Shown here piece by piece: positions 9,186 to 18,749 of a stretch of DNA of 64,000 bases. The DNA is from Candidatus Poribacteria bacterium (GTDB lineage Bacteria; Poribacteria; WGA-4E; WGA-3G). Position numbers and translations under genes: made by a program. The DNA lies in the NCBI GenBank assembly GCA_965214095.1, contig OZ243938.1:1554197-1618196 (forward strand), read 5' to 3'. The notes under the pieces are model-generated. The model worked only from the letters and a program-made list of their open reading frames with translations, was not told where the DNA came from and made no database searches. Position 1 is the first letter of the stretch. Each line of letters begins with the position of its first letter.

Positions 9186-10064
9186 ATGCAAGCATTTGAG
9201 TATATTGATGCTAAAACAGTATCAGAAGCCGTAGCATTGCTTAATGAAAAAGGGGACAAAGCCCGATTACTCGCTGGTGGCACAGATCTTATTGTGCAAG
9301 CACGGGAGGGTAGAAGAGAACTTGATTGGATGATAGACATAAAATCCATTGCTGAAGTCAATGAGTTAGCCTATGATTCAGAGACAGGACTTACACTCGG
9401 TGCAGCAGTCCCGTGTTATCAGATCTATGCTGTTGATGCGATATGCGAAGCCTATCCCGGTTTAGTCGACGCAACTAAAATTATCGGTGGGACTGCTATA
9501 CAGGGACGCGCAGGCGTTGGTGGAAACCTCTGTAACGCTTCACCCGCAGCAGATTGTATTCCTCCACTAATTGTGCTAAATTCCACTTGTGTTATTGCTG
9601 GAGCAAACGGCGAACGTGAAATAGCAGTTGAAGATTTCTGCACAGGTCCCGGTCAGACAGCACTTGAAAAAGGTGAAATGTTGGTCTCTTTAAAAATACC
9701 CGCACCACCAAAAAATTCAAGCTCATATTATCTTAGATTTATTCCACGGAATGAAATGGACATTGCAGTCGTCGGTGCAGGTGCATCTGTCGTTTTAGAT
9801 GATGCGAAACAACGTATTGTCTCCGCACGAATCGCCCTCGGTGCTGTTGCTCCTACTCCATTATTTGCTGAAGAGGCAAGTGCGCTTCTTTCTGACAAAG
9901 AGATTTCTGATGATGTTATTGACGAAGCCGCACAAGCCGCACAAGCCATTGCACGTCCTATCAGCGATATGCGCGGAACTGCAGAACAACGTGCACACCT
10001 CGTTGGTGTATTGACACGACGCGCACTCAACGGAGCAATCCAAAGAGTCAGAGACGCAGCATAA
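9186..10064 (+). CDS. FAD-binding medium subunit of a second Mo-hydroxylase (CoxM-like paralog).
   Basis: It has the LLAGGTDL motif. AGGAG lies 10 nt before the ATG at 9186. An upstream in-frame TTG at 9177 is less likely to be the start. Confidence 0.85.
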   Translation: MQAFEYIDAKTVSEAVALLNEKGDKARLLAGGTDLIVQAREGRRELDWMIDIKSIAEVNELAYDSETGLTLGAAVPCYQIYAVDAICEAYPGLVDATKIIGGTAIQGRAGVGGNLCNASPAADCIPPLIVLNSTCVIAGANGEREIAVEDFCTGPGQTALEKGEMLVSLKIPAPPKNSSSYYLRFIPRNEMDIAVVGAGASVVLDDAKQRIVSARIALGAVAPTPLFAEEASALLSDKEISDDVIDEAAQAAQAIARPISDMRGTAEQRAHLVGVLTRRALNGAIQRVRDAA

Positions 10065-10124
10065 TTCTTAGCGAAATTATAACGGACAATATATAGTATC
10101 TAAAAGTAAAAGGAAACCGATATT

Positions 10125-10595
10125 ATGGCGAGAAGATCACACGTTCAAACCACAATCAATGACGAAACGGTGGAATTTCTCTGTGAACCACGCCAAAGTT
10201 TATTGGAAGTTCTCAGAGATGAACTCCACCTCACTGGGGCAAAAGAGGGGTGTAACAACGGTAATTGTGGTGCATGCAGTGTCATACTTGACGGTAGACT
10301 CGTCAATTCATGCCTGGTTTTAGGTGTTGAGACTGAAGGTAAATCTGTTGAGACCATAGAAGGTCTTGCCGAACCAGAAAAATTGCATCCGATTCAAGAT
10401 GCCTTTCTTGAGAACGCCGCACTTCAATGTGGTATATGCACTCCCGGATTTATCATGAGTGCAAAAGCATTATTAGAAAATAACCCAAACCCAACGGAAC
10501 ATGAAGTCCGATACTGGTTAGCGGGAAATTTGTGCCGCTGCACCGGTTACGATAAGATCGTTCGTGCTGTGCTTGATGCAGCCGCAGCTACATAG
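10125..10595 (+). CDS. [2Fe-2S] small subunit (CoxS-like paralog).
   Basis: It has the GCNNGNCGACSV and CGICTPG...CRCTGY motifs. Confidence 0.9.
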   Translation: MARRSHVQTTINDETVEFLCEPRQSLLEVLRDELHLTGAKEGCNNGNCGACSVILDGRLVNSCLVLGVETEGKSVETIEGLAEPEKLHPIQDAFLENAALQCGICTPGFIMSAKALLENNPNPTEHEVRYWLAGNLCRCTGYDKIVRAVLDAAAAT

Positions 10596-10607
10596 AAGGA
10601 GTGTCTT

Positions 10608-12863
10608 ATGTCTGAAAAGAAAGAATACAAAGTTATTGGAACGCGTCCTATCCGACATGATGGCGTAGATAAAGTCACAGGAAGGGCAATTTATGGGGCA
10701 GATTTTCAGATTACTGGACTCTTGCACGGTAGAGTGCTACGAAGTCCACATGCCCATGCACGAATCGTATCAATTGACACAAGTCGTGCTGAAGCACATC
10801 CAGGTGTTAAAGGTGTTGTGACAGCACAAGACCTACCCGCAGCAGAAGACAAAATGGCAGACCTTGGTGAAGGTGCGGTTAATCTCAAATATCTCTGTGA
10901 CAACATTTTCGCAAGTGATAAAGCACTTTATAAGGGACACGCTATCGCTGCAGTTGCCGCTACAAATCCGCATATTGCAGAAGAAGCATGCGAACTGATA
11001 GATGTTGAATATGAGGTGCTTCCACCGGTTTTAGAAGTGCGTCAAGCAATGGAACCTGATGCCCCTATCCTGCACGAAAACTTAACTACATCCTCACTGG
11101 GTGACACAGAAGATAAACCGACAAACATTGCCAGTCACTTACAACACAAGAAAGGCGACATAGAAAAAGGATTTGATGAAGCAGAAGTTGTTATTGAAAG
11201 AGATTTTGTTACAGGCACCGTCCATCAAGGTTATATTGAACCACACAACGCTACTGCACATTACAATCAAGATGGACAGTTAACAGTGTGGTGCAGCACA
11301 CAAGGTGCATTTACCGTCCGTGAACAACTTGCTGAAATCCTTCAGTATCCGGTTTCTAAAATCAAAGTTGTTCCATTAGAAATTGGTGGCGGATTTGGTG
11401 GTAAGATTAATGTCTACATTAAACCTGTTGCAGCACTCCTAGCGAAGAAAACCGGTAAACCTGTGAAAGTCTTGATGAACCGCGCTGATGTATTTGAAGG
11501 CACAGGTCCAACGCCTGCATCTTACATCACAATTAAAATTGGTGCGAAAAAAGACGGTAAAATCACTGCAGCACAAACCTCACTTGCCTTTGAAGCAGGT
11601 GCATATCCCGGTTCACCAGTCGGTGCAGGTGCAATGTGTGTCTTTGCTCCCTACAACATTGAAAATGTCCTCATTGATGGTTACGATGTTGTTGTGAATA
11701 AACCGAAGTCTGCTCCTTATCGTGCCCCAGGTGCAACGAACGCAGCCTTCGGCACAGAGACCGTTGTAGATGAACTCGCGGAGGAATTGAATATAGATCC
11801 GCTTGAGTTACGACTTATGAATGGTGCTAAAGAAGGTGATCGTCGTCCAGACGGTCCCGTTTATCCACGTATCGGTTTTATTGAAACACTTGAAGCGGCA
11901 AAGGAACATCCTCACTACACTTCCGCAAATGGTAAGAAATACCATGGACGTGGAATCGCTTCTGGTTTCTGGTTTAACATCGGTCTGGAATCCAGTGTGA
12001 CAATTAATGTTAATCCTGATGGCACTATTAACCTCGTTGAAGGTTCTACGGATATTGGTGGTACGCGTGCATCAATTGCAATGCAAGCTGCCGAAGTTCT
12101 CGGTATCCCTGCTGAATCGGTCAATCCGACTGTTGTTGATACCAATTCCATCGGTTATACTGCTGTCACTGGTGGCAGTCGAACAACTTATGCAACTGGT
12201 TATGCTGCGTATGAAGCGGCACAAGATGTAGTGAAACAGATGAAAGTACGCGCTGCTAAACTTTGGGAAGTTGATGAAGACAATGTACAGTTTGCTGATG
12301 GTGAATTCTCAAGTATCAACGGCAAAGAGGAACAGATTAGTTTCCGTGACTTATCCGCCAAACTTAGTCAAACTGGTGGTCCTGTTGTTGGCAGAGCTAC
12401 AATGAATCCTGCAGGTGCTGGTGGAGCATTCGCAACACATGTTGTTGATGTTGAAGTGGACGTAGAAACCGGTAAGGTTGAAATCCTACGTTACACTGCA
12501 ACGCAAGATGCTGGCAAAGCCATTCATCCCAGTTATGTTGAAGGACAAATCCAGGGAGGAGTCGTGCAAGGTATTGGTTGGGCATTGAATGAGGAATACA
12601 TTTACAATGACGAAGGCACAATGACAAACGCAAGTTTCCTTGATTACCGTATGCCAACCTGCTTAGATTTGCCGATGATTGATGCAGTTATCGTAGAAGT
12701 GCCGAATCCTGGACATCCGTATGGTGTACGTGGTGTAGGTGAAGTGCCGATTGTTCCGCCACCTGCAGCAATTGCTAACGCAATTTACGATGCCATCGGT
12801 ATCCGAATGACCGAACTGCCTATGTCGCCTGACCGCCTCTTAAAAGCGATGGGTAAAATATAA
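10608..12863 (+). CDS. Molybdopterin-binding large subunit (CoxL/XdhA-like paralog), 751 aa.
   Basis: The N-terminus GRAIYGADF, the GGGFGGK motif and full-length homology to feature 1..997 support this. GAAGGA RBS. Confidence 0.9.
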   Translation: MSEKKEYKVIGTRPIRHDGVDKVTGRAIYGADFQITGLLHGRVLRSPHAHARIVSIDTSRAEAHPGVKGVVTAQDLPAAEDKMADLGEGAVNLKYLCDNIFASDKALYKGHAIAAVAATNPHIAEEACELIDVEYEVLPPVLEVRQAMEPDAPILHENLTTSSLGDTEDKPTNIASHLQHKKGDIEKGFDEAEVVIERDFVTGTVHQGYIEPHNATAHYNQDGQLTVWCSTQGAFTVREQLAEILQYPVSKIKVVPLEIGGGFGGKINVYIKPVAALLAKKTGKPVKVLMNRADVFEGTGPTPASYITIKIGAKKDGKITAAQTSLAFEAGAYPGSPVGAGAMCVFAPYNIENVLIDGYDVVVNKPKSAPYRAPGATNAAFGTETVVDELAEELNIDPLELRLMNGAKEGDRRPDGPVYPRIGFIETLEAAKEHPHYTSANGKKYHGRGIASGFWFNIGLESSVTINVNPDGTINLVEGSTDIGGTRASIAMQAAEVLGIPAESVNPTVVDTNSIGYTAVTGGSRTTYATGYAAYEAAQDVVKQMKVRAAKLWEVDEDNVQFADGEFSSINGKEEQISFRDLSAKLSQTGGPVVGRATMNPAGAGGAFATHVVDVEVDVETGKVEILRYTATQDAGKAIHPSYVEGQIQGGVVQGIGWALNEEYIYNDEGTMTNASFLDYRMPTCLDLPMIDAVIVEVPNPGHPYGVRGVGEVPIVPPPAAIANAIYDAIGIRMTELPMSPDRLLKAMGKI

Positions 12864-12892
12864 GAATTTACATTTCAAGTTTTGCATATCTG

Positions 12893-12917
12893 TAGGCACG
12901 GTTTATAGCCGTGCCTA
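12893..12917 (+). terminator. Perfect 9-bp-stem hairpin (TAGGCACGG-TTTATAG-CCGTGCCTA) between coxL and the moaD-like gene.
   Basis: The inverted repeat is perfect and sits in a 75-bp intergenic gap. It has no strong U-tract, so it could be an attenuator or a processing site rather than a terminator. Confidence 0.3.
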
Positions 12918-12938
12918 TCCATTATAGGAATATCTACA

Positions 12939-13235
12939 ATGCCAGTTGTTGCCATTCCCGCCCTCATACGCAATCTTACTGATGGAGAAGAAAGTGTCAC
13001 AGTTGAAGGTGCTACCATCCGTGAGATAATAAACAACCTTGAGAACCAATATCCGGGGACAAAAGCAAAACTTTGTGATGGTGACCGTATCCATCCCAGT
13101 ATCGGTGTCTATATCAACGGTGTGCTAACCAGAGTCGCCATGCACGATCGCGTTGATGCCGATGCTGAACTCCACTTCCTACCTGCCATTAGTGGTGGTG
13201 TTTCATTAAATACTGAAAAACCTGAAAAAAGATAA
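12939..13235 (+). CDS. MoaD/ThiS-family ubiquitin-like sulfur-carrier protein with an 11-residue extension (VSLNTEKPEKR) after the Gly-Gly.
   Basis: It is 98 aa and ends ...HFLPAISGG-VSLNTEKPEKR. It sits immediately downstream of a Mo-hydroxylase operon, a context consistent with molybdopterin synthase. Confidence 0.6.
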   Translation: MPVVAIPALIRNLTDGEESVTVEGATIREIINNLENQYPGTKAKLCDGDRIHPSIGVYINGVLTRVAMHDRVDADAELHFLPAISGGVSLNTEKPEKR

Positions 13236-13290
13236 CACCGAAGATTCCAAAACCTTAAGAATACCTATTCAAAGTACAGACATAATCAAT

Positions 13291-16200
13291 ATGAATTTTC
13301 AAAGACACTGTGACCGCTATCTACAGAGAATACGTCAGACACAATCAGACCCAAATGCAACGCCTGAACTATCTTTACTCCCACATCTCAAGACGTTTCT
13401 GGAAGATGTTACAGCAAACGCAGACTTTTTTGACAACCCCAACATCAGATTCACACTGGAACCCAGAACAATCAACCAGATCGGACGACCCGACATCATC
13501 GCAACAGACGGATTGTTACCCATCGGCTATATTGAAGCGGAATCGGACAGCACAGACCTAAATAACCTAACAGGACACGCCGCACAACAGAACCAACGTT
13601 TTAGAGAAAACCTTGATAACTTCATTCTTACCAACTTCACCGATTTTGAGTTGTGGATAGATGGACAATGCAACAAAACAGCACGAATTTTAGAGAACAT
13701 TGATGATTTAGAGATACTATTAGAGCGGTTCCTAAACGCATCTATCCAAATCGGCACACCGGAAGCACTCGCAAAATACCTTGCAAGACGGACCCGAGAA
13801 CTCCAAACACAGATCGCAACGACACTCACCGATGAGGACAGTGAAACCTACAGAATGTTCAAAGCGTTCAAGGAAACGTTGCTCGCGACACTCACTCCTA
13901 ACGATTTCTCGGATATGTATGCACAAACTCTCACGTATGGGTTATTCGCTGCACGCTGCACATTGCCGAATGCAACAAATTTTTCACGTCACACCGCAGT
14001 TGGCACACTCCCAAGATCAAATCCGTTTCTCGTCCAACTTTTTTATCATGTCGCCTCTCCGAGACTTGAGACGAATGTCACTTACATTCTGGATGACATT
14101 GCAACGCTTCTCCAAAACGTTCCAACAGCCATGCTCCGTACAGCATTTACTGCAAGAAATCCACTTGAAGACCCGGTTATCCATTTTTATGAGACGTTCC
14201 TAAAAGAATATAATCCGAAACTCCGCTTTGACCGCGGGGTTTTTTATACGCCGCCACAGGTTATCTCCTACATTGTTCGCTCAGTGGATTCCTTGCTCAA
14301 AACAAAGCTCAACAGACCCGATGGACTTGCCGATGACGACACGCTTATCCTCGATCCTGCCACGGGTACGGGTGGATTTCTGTTGACAGTGCTTGACCAT
14401 ATCCGAGAATATGTTACAGAAAATTATGGCACCGGGGATTGGAACCAGTATATAAACGCAAATTTAGTAAAACGGATTTTTGGATTTGAACTGCTTGTCG
14501 CACCGTATACGATTGCACATCTGAAGTTGAGTCTGTTTCTGCAGGCGCAAGGGTGGCGCACCAATGAACGTCTCGGAGTTTATCTTACCAATGCTTTGGA
14601 ACAACCGGATGAAATGCAGGCTCCCTTGCCTTTTGCTGCATTTATCTCTGATGAAGCAAACGCTGCACTCTCTGTGAAAAGGGACGCCCCTGTCCTCGTC
14701 ATCCTCGGCAATCCACCCTATAAGCAACATTCTGCCAACCCAAGCCGAGTCGGTAACGATTTAACTTTTATCGGTGGACTCATGGAAGATTACAGCCAGG
14801 TAGATGGAGAACCACTTGGTGAAGTCAACCCAAGAGCACTCCAGGATGACTATGTGAAATTTATCCGGTGGGCACAGTGGCGAATTGACAGAAACGGGGA
14901 GGGCGTTATCGGTTATATTGTTAACAACAATTTTCTTGATGCACCTACAGCTCGCGGCATGCGGCAAAATCTGTTAGACAGTTTCAACACAATATACGTA
15001 CTCAATTTACATGGCAGTAATAGAAGAACGGAAGCGGTGCCAACGGGACAGAAAGATGAAAATGTCTTTGATATTATACAAGGGGTTTGCATTCTGCTAT
15101 GTGTCAAAGAACGCGATAATCTTGATTCTACAAAGGTCTATCACGCTGATATGTGGGGATCCCGAGAAGAGAGATATAGGACACTTTCAGAGACCGATGT
15201 ACAATCTACGACGTGGTGTGAACTACAACCGGCATCACCTTATTACCTTTTTGTACCGCAAGAAATGGACTACAGTGCTGAATATGAAAGCAGATGGAAA
15301 ATTACAGACATCTTTCAAACTAGTTCAATTGGAATTGTCACCGCGCGAGATAAATTGACAATTCATTGGACTCCTGAAGAGATAAGGGAAACGGTAACCG
15401 ATTTTGTCACACTTTCTATTGATGATGCCAGGGAAAAATATAACTTAAGAAAGGATAGCCAAGATTGGAAAATCCATCTTGCCCAAGCCGATCTCCAAAA
15501 TAATCCCAATGCGGAAAAACATGTATCACCAATTTACTACCGACCGTTTGATACACGTTGGACATATTATACTGCGCACTCGCGTGGATTTCATTGTAGA
15601 CCTCGCCCTGAGATTATGCCACACTTGCGCAGGAAAAACCTTGCTCTCAGCGTCTGTCGTATTGTCAAAAGTCCCGTATGGCAACATGCCTTGATTTCCG
15701 ATAAAATTACAGATAATTGTTATATCTCAAACACAACCAGTGAATCTGCACATGTGTTTCCGCTCTACCTATATCCAGATTCAGAGGCATTATTAGGCTC
15801 AACAGAACCTGAACTCAATTTCAAACCCGAATTTCTCACTGCCCTTTCGGAGACGTTACAACTCCCACAAACCCCACCGTTTGGACTCTCCGAAGGTGTC
15901 ACACCAGAGGAGATTCTCGCTTATATCTATGCTGTGCTTTATAGTCCTACCTATCGTGAACGGTATTATGAATTTCTAAAATACGATTTTCCGCGTATCC
16001 CTTTACCTAAAGATATTGATCATTTCCGCAAACTCGCATCGTTGGGGCAGGAATTGATTAATTGGCATCTGTTGAAGGAAGTGCAGATTCCAGTTCGTCA
16101 TCGCTTTGAAGGTGAAGGTAACAGTGTTGTCTCAAGACACAGCTATGAAGATGGGAACGTGTGGATTAACGACACACAATATTTTACGGATGTGCCTGCG

Positions 16201-16371
16201 GAAGTATGGGAATATAAAATAGGAGCATATCAGGTATGTGAGAAGTGGTTGAAGGATAGGAAGGGAGAAACGTTGAGTCATGCGGAGGTTCGTCAGTATC
16301 GTTCTATTTTGGTTGCTGTTGCGGAGACGTTGCGGGTTGTGAGGGAGATTGATGGGGTGCTTGAATTTTAA
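13291..16371 (+). CDS. Type IIL/IIG (MmeI-like) restriction-modification enzyme with an N-terminal nuclease-like domain, a gamma-class N6-adenine DNA methyltransferase and a C-terminal target-recognition domain.
   Basis: Motif I is DPATGTGGFL and motif IV is VLVILGNPPY. The C-terminal YKIGAYQVCEKWLKDRKGETLS block is typical of type ISP/IIL specificity domains. The N-terminal GRPDIIATDG...IGYIEAES...NFILTNFTDFELW parallels the MmeI nuclease-domain layout. 1026 aa. Confidence 0.7.
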   Translation: MNFQRHCDRYLQRIRQTQSDPNATPELSLLPHLKTFLEDVTANADFFDNPNIRFTLEPRTINQIGRPDIIATDGLLPIGYIEAESDSTDLNNLTGHAAQQNQRFRENLDNFILTNFTDFELWIDGQCNKTARILENIDDLEILLERFLNASIQIGTPEALAKYLARRTRELQTQIATTLTDEDSETYRMFKAFKETLLATLTPNDFSDMYAQTLTYGLFAARCTLPNATNFSRHTAVGTLPRSNPFLVQLFYHVASPRLETNVTYILDDIATLLQNVPTAMLRTAFTARNPLEDPVIHFYETFLKEYNPKLRFDRGVFYTPPQVISYIVRSVDSLLKTKLNRPDGLADDDTLILDPATGTGGFLLTVLDHIREYVTENYGTGDWNQYINANLVKRIFGFELLVAPYTIAHLKLSLFLQAQGWRTNERLGVYLTNALEQPDEMQAPLPFAAFISDEANAALSVKRDAPVLVILGNPPYKQHSANPSRVGNDLTFIGGLMEDYSQVDGEPLGEVNPRALQDDYVKFIRWAQWRIDRNGEGVIGYIVNNNFLDAPTARGMRQNLLDSFNTIYVLNLHGSNRRTEAVPTGQKDENVFDIIQGVCILLCVKERDNLDSTKVYHADMWGSREERYRTLSETDVQSTTWCELQPASPYYLFVPQEMDYSAEYESRWKITDIFQTSSIGIVTARDKLTIHWTPEEIRETVTDFVTLSIDDAREKYNLRKDSQDWKIHLAQADLQNNPNAEKHVSPIYYRPFDTRWTYYTAHSRGFHCRPRPEIMPHLRRKNLALSVCRIVKSPVWQHALISDKITDNCYISNTTSESAHVFPLYLYPDSEALLGSTEPELNFKPEFLTALSETLQLPQTPPFGLSEGVTPEEILAYIYAVLYSPTYRERYYEFLKYDFPRIPLPKDIDHFRKLASLGQELINWHLLKEVQIPVRHRFEGEGNSVVSRHSYEDGNVWINDTQYFTDVPAEVWEYKIGAYQVCEKWLKDRKGETLSHAEVRQYRSILVAVAETLRVVREIDGVLEF

Positions 16372-16444
16372 ACGATCTAATACAACGTAGGTATGTTTTG
16401 TGTCAACGTGACGAATTTTGGCAATCTGTTTTATGGAGATTATT

Positions 16445-16798
16445 ATGGCTGAAGGACAATTTTTATTTACTTTGGATTACGAACAGTTCATGGAAAATTG
16501 GGGTGAAAGTATTCTCAGGTACCTAAAAGAGGAATTTGATAGAAGCAAAATTTCTCTTTCGCGAAGTTTGCTACTTTCCACGGAAACTGAAAACTCTTAT
16601 TGGTTGTTAGTAGATTTTGAAAAAGCAGCAGGGAAAAACCAGGAAACACGAGATGCAGTGCTACTGGCATGCACAGATGCAATTTTTGATGCTAATCAAA
16701 GCGGGTATCTTTCTGTGAAAACAAGTCGTTCAGAAAGTGGTGCTCCAAAAATTCGACTAAGTTATCACCTGCTTCCAAATAGTCAACGAGATTTTTGA
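16445..16798 (+). CDS. Hypothetical protein downstream of the RM gene.
   Basis: I chose the in-frame ATG that has GGAG 5 nt upstream. No motif was recognised. Confidence 0.4.
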   Translation: MAEGQFLFTLDYEQFMENWGESILRYLKEEFDRSKISLSRSLLLSTETENSYWLLVDFEKAAGKNQETRDAVLLACTDAIFDANQSGYLSVKTSRSESGAPKIRLSYHLLPNSQRDF

Positions 16799-16933
16799 TG
16801 GGAACACGCGTGTTTTTGAAAACAAGTGTGCTGCTCATAATCCTCGGCTGGCAGGTAATGATGTCTTTAAATGCCTATTCGTCAAATTTTGCACGTGCGT
16901 TTCTCCTTGAAGGATTCAAAACTAAGTGGCAGC

Positions 16934-17236
16934 TTATCTTTTCTTTTTTTCCCATTCTCTTGCATCTTCTCGCGTCGTGCGTCTCCCGACTTGATGAACA
17001 TAAACATCTTTACCGTAATCCCGTTGAAGTTCCTTTTCACGGCGGTGTAAATCATTCGTAATTCCGCTACGGATAATTTTGTCCCCTTGTTTTAGATGGT
17101 ATTTATAGGTATCACGCTTAGGTTCTACATGAACCCCTCTTGCTTCAAGAACTTCCTTGACTGCTCGTTCTATTTTTGCTCTTGAGAGTTGTCCTGGTTT
17201 ATAGGGTGGGTATTTGACGATCCTTTGTCTTGGCAT
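16934..17236 (-). CDS. Small GIY-YIG-family nuclease (YhbQ/URI-like).
   Basis: The Y-x-Y...GITNDLHRRE..E block matches the GIY-YIG core. I chose the second ATG (MPRQR...), which has GGAGG 9 nt upstream. Confidence 0.5.
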   Translation of the reverse strand: MPRQRIVKYPPYKPGQLSRAKIERAVKEVLEARGVHVEPKRDTYKYHLKQGDKIIRSGITNDLHRREKELQRDYGKDVYVHQVGRRTTREDAREWEKKKR

Positions 17237-17259
17237 TCTAATCGCCTCCATAGAATATG

Positions 17260-17892
17260 TTACAGTTTACTATTTGATTGAAGATTCAGCCACTCCACAA
17301 CAACAAAAATATAATCCTTGAAGAATTTTAAGTCTTCAATTTCTAACTGAAACTTCTGAGTTAGTTGAGGTAAATCCTCCAAGAAATCTTGGTAATGTTT
17401 CCAAATTATGCTTCCACTTGGAATTGTCTGGCGATCCGATACGGTGAGAAGCCAATTCCGAACAACCCGTACCACTTCCTCAGGATTATTGTGATGAACA
17501 AAAATATCTTGACCTGCAATATCTGAAATGAATTTTTGATACCGATACAGTTCTCTATCCATCACAAGGCATTTTTTTGTCTCCTGTTTTTCTACACCAA
17601 ATCTCTTAGCACCTAGAAAAATCCCTAACTCTAAGGGCATATTAAATCGAGGTAGAAGTGAAACTTCATCTAATTCTGTCCGCGATATATCATGGATTCC
17701 ATAACGGCAATCCTCAATAATATTATAAATCTTATCAATCCGAACTTGACTTGCGTCCCCTGCCTCAAGCGCACAACGAGCAACAAAACCGCAATCATGC
17801 ACGGCAAATATCATCGCATCAAACAAAGGTTTGTAATCTGAGTCAAAAGGGCAATTTATAAAAACATTATCATTATAATGGGTTGAATTCAT
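17260..17892 (-). CDS. TIR-like nucleotide-binding domain protein (COG4271-type).
   Basis: VFINCPFDSDYKPLF...RFNMPLELGIFLGAKRFG resembles the VFIvHGhd...RaRQNVifElGyfmGkLGR signature of TIR-like proteins. It lies 9 bp upstream of the GIY-YIG gene on the same strand. Confidence 0.4.
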   Translation of the reverse strand: MNSTHYNDNVFINCPFDSDYKPLFDAMIFAVHDCGFVARCALEAGDASQVRIDKIYNIIEDCRYGIHDISRTELDEVSLLPRFNMPLELGIFLGAKRFGVEKQETKKCLVMDRELYRYQKFISDIAGQDIFVHHNNPEEVVRVVRNWLLTVSDRQTIPSGSIIWKHYQDFLEDLPQLTQKFQLEIEDLKFFKDYIFVVVEWLNLQSNSKL

Positions 17893-18011
17893 GAATTCCT
17901 ACTCGTTTTACATAAGTAGAAGTTTTTTTGAAAACAATTTAGCACATTTTTTGTAAAGTATACCATAAATTTTATGAGTTTTCAATCTTTTGGAAAACCC
18001 AAAAGCCCTTT

Positions 18012-18629
18012 TCAACTCATATCAGTTACAGATTTGAACACAGAATCAACTGCACCAAAAAGCGTTGATAAATTAGCTAATGCAAAGTCTGTTCTGTTTT
18101 GGGTAAAGGTATCGCCGATAAGTCGTCCAAATTGCCATAATGTTCCATCGGTGACAATACCGTACACGGGTAGGGATGCACCATCATTCACTTTTTTAGC
18201 ATTTATTTTTTGTGCGGCGACTAACTCAGCCAGACATTGTCCCCATCCATGCTCAAAGTCGTTTTTCTTCGCCTCAACGAGCAGTATCAACGGGCTTCCA
18301 ACAACGGTTTTGCCTAATTCAGATTTGGTAGAGATAAAATAGTCTGGTGTTCCGTTTAAGATGTCATCGTAAGTGATGGTTTGCTTTATCCAGAGCGCGT
18401 ATTGATCGGCATAAGCTTTATAACTCTCCTTCAAAACAGGAAAGATAATCGTCTCACACCGTGATGCTTCAGACGCAAAAACGTTGATATGTTCTCTGGT
18501 AAATTCAAAGTCTCGCAAGAACTCCACCGAAGGGGTTGCCAGTTCAACTTCAACGAAATCATCTTCCGCATAAGTGACTCTGAACCTTTCTTGTACCTCA
18601 GAAATTGTTTTAAAATCGCTAAACGCCAT
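18012..18629 (-). CDS. PD-(D/E)xK restriction-endonuclease-like protein (HsdR N-terminal-domain-like).
   Basis: TPDYFIS ... PLILLVEAKK ... LAELVAAQ ... YGIVTDGTLWQF has the PD...E-x-K architecture of the HsdR_N/Mrr-type nuclease fold. Confidence 0.55.
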   Translation of the reverse strand: MAFSDFKTISEVQERFRVTYAEDDFVEVELATPSVEFLRDFEFTREHINVFASEASRCETIIFPVLKESYKAYADQYALWIKQTITYDDILNGTPDYFISTKSELGKTVVGSPLILLVEAKKNDFEHGWGQCLAELVAAQKINAKKVNDGASLPVYGIVTDGTLWQFGRLIGDTFTQNRTDFALANLSTLFGAVDSVFKSVTDMS

Positions 18630-18749
18630 GATATTACTTCTCTATTAAAGTCAAAATGCCTGCCAACAGCGTCTGTAAATCTAGGGAATATCCTTAAAAC
18701 TTTCAAATTTTATATGTGCGTTTCTCATTGTAAAGAACATTGTAAAGAA

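Noticed and set aside
9728-10043. Antisense or overlapping ORFs inside coxM-2 (9728..10030 minus, 9799..10014 plus, 9861..10043 minus).
   Set aside because: They are embedded in a well-supported CDS with strong family motifs. They are shadow ORFs.
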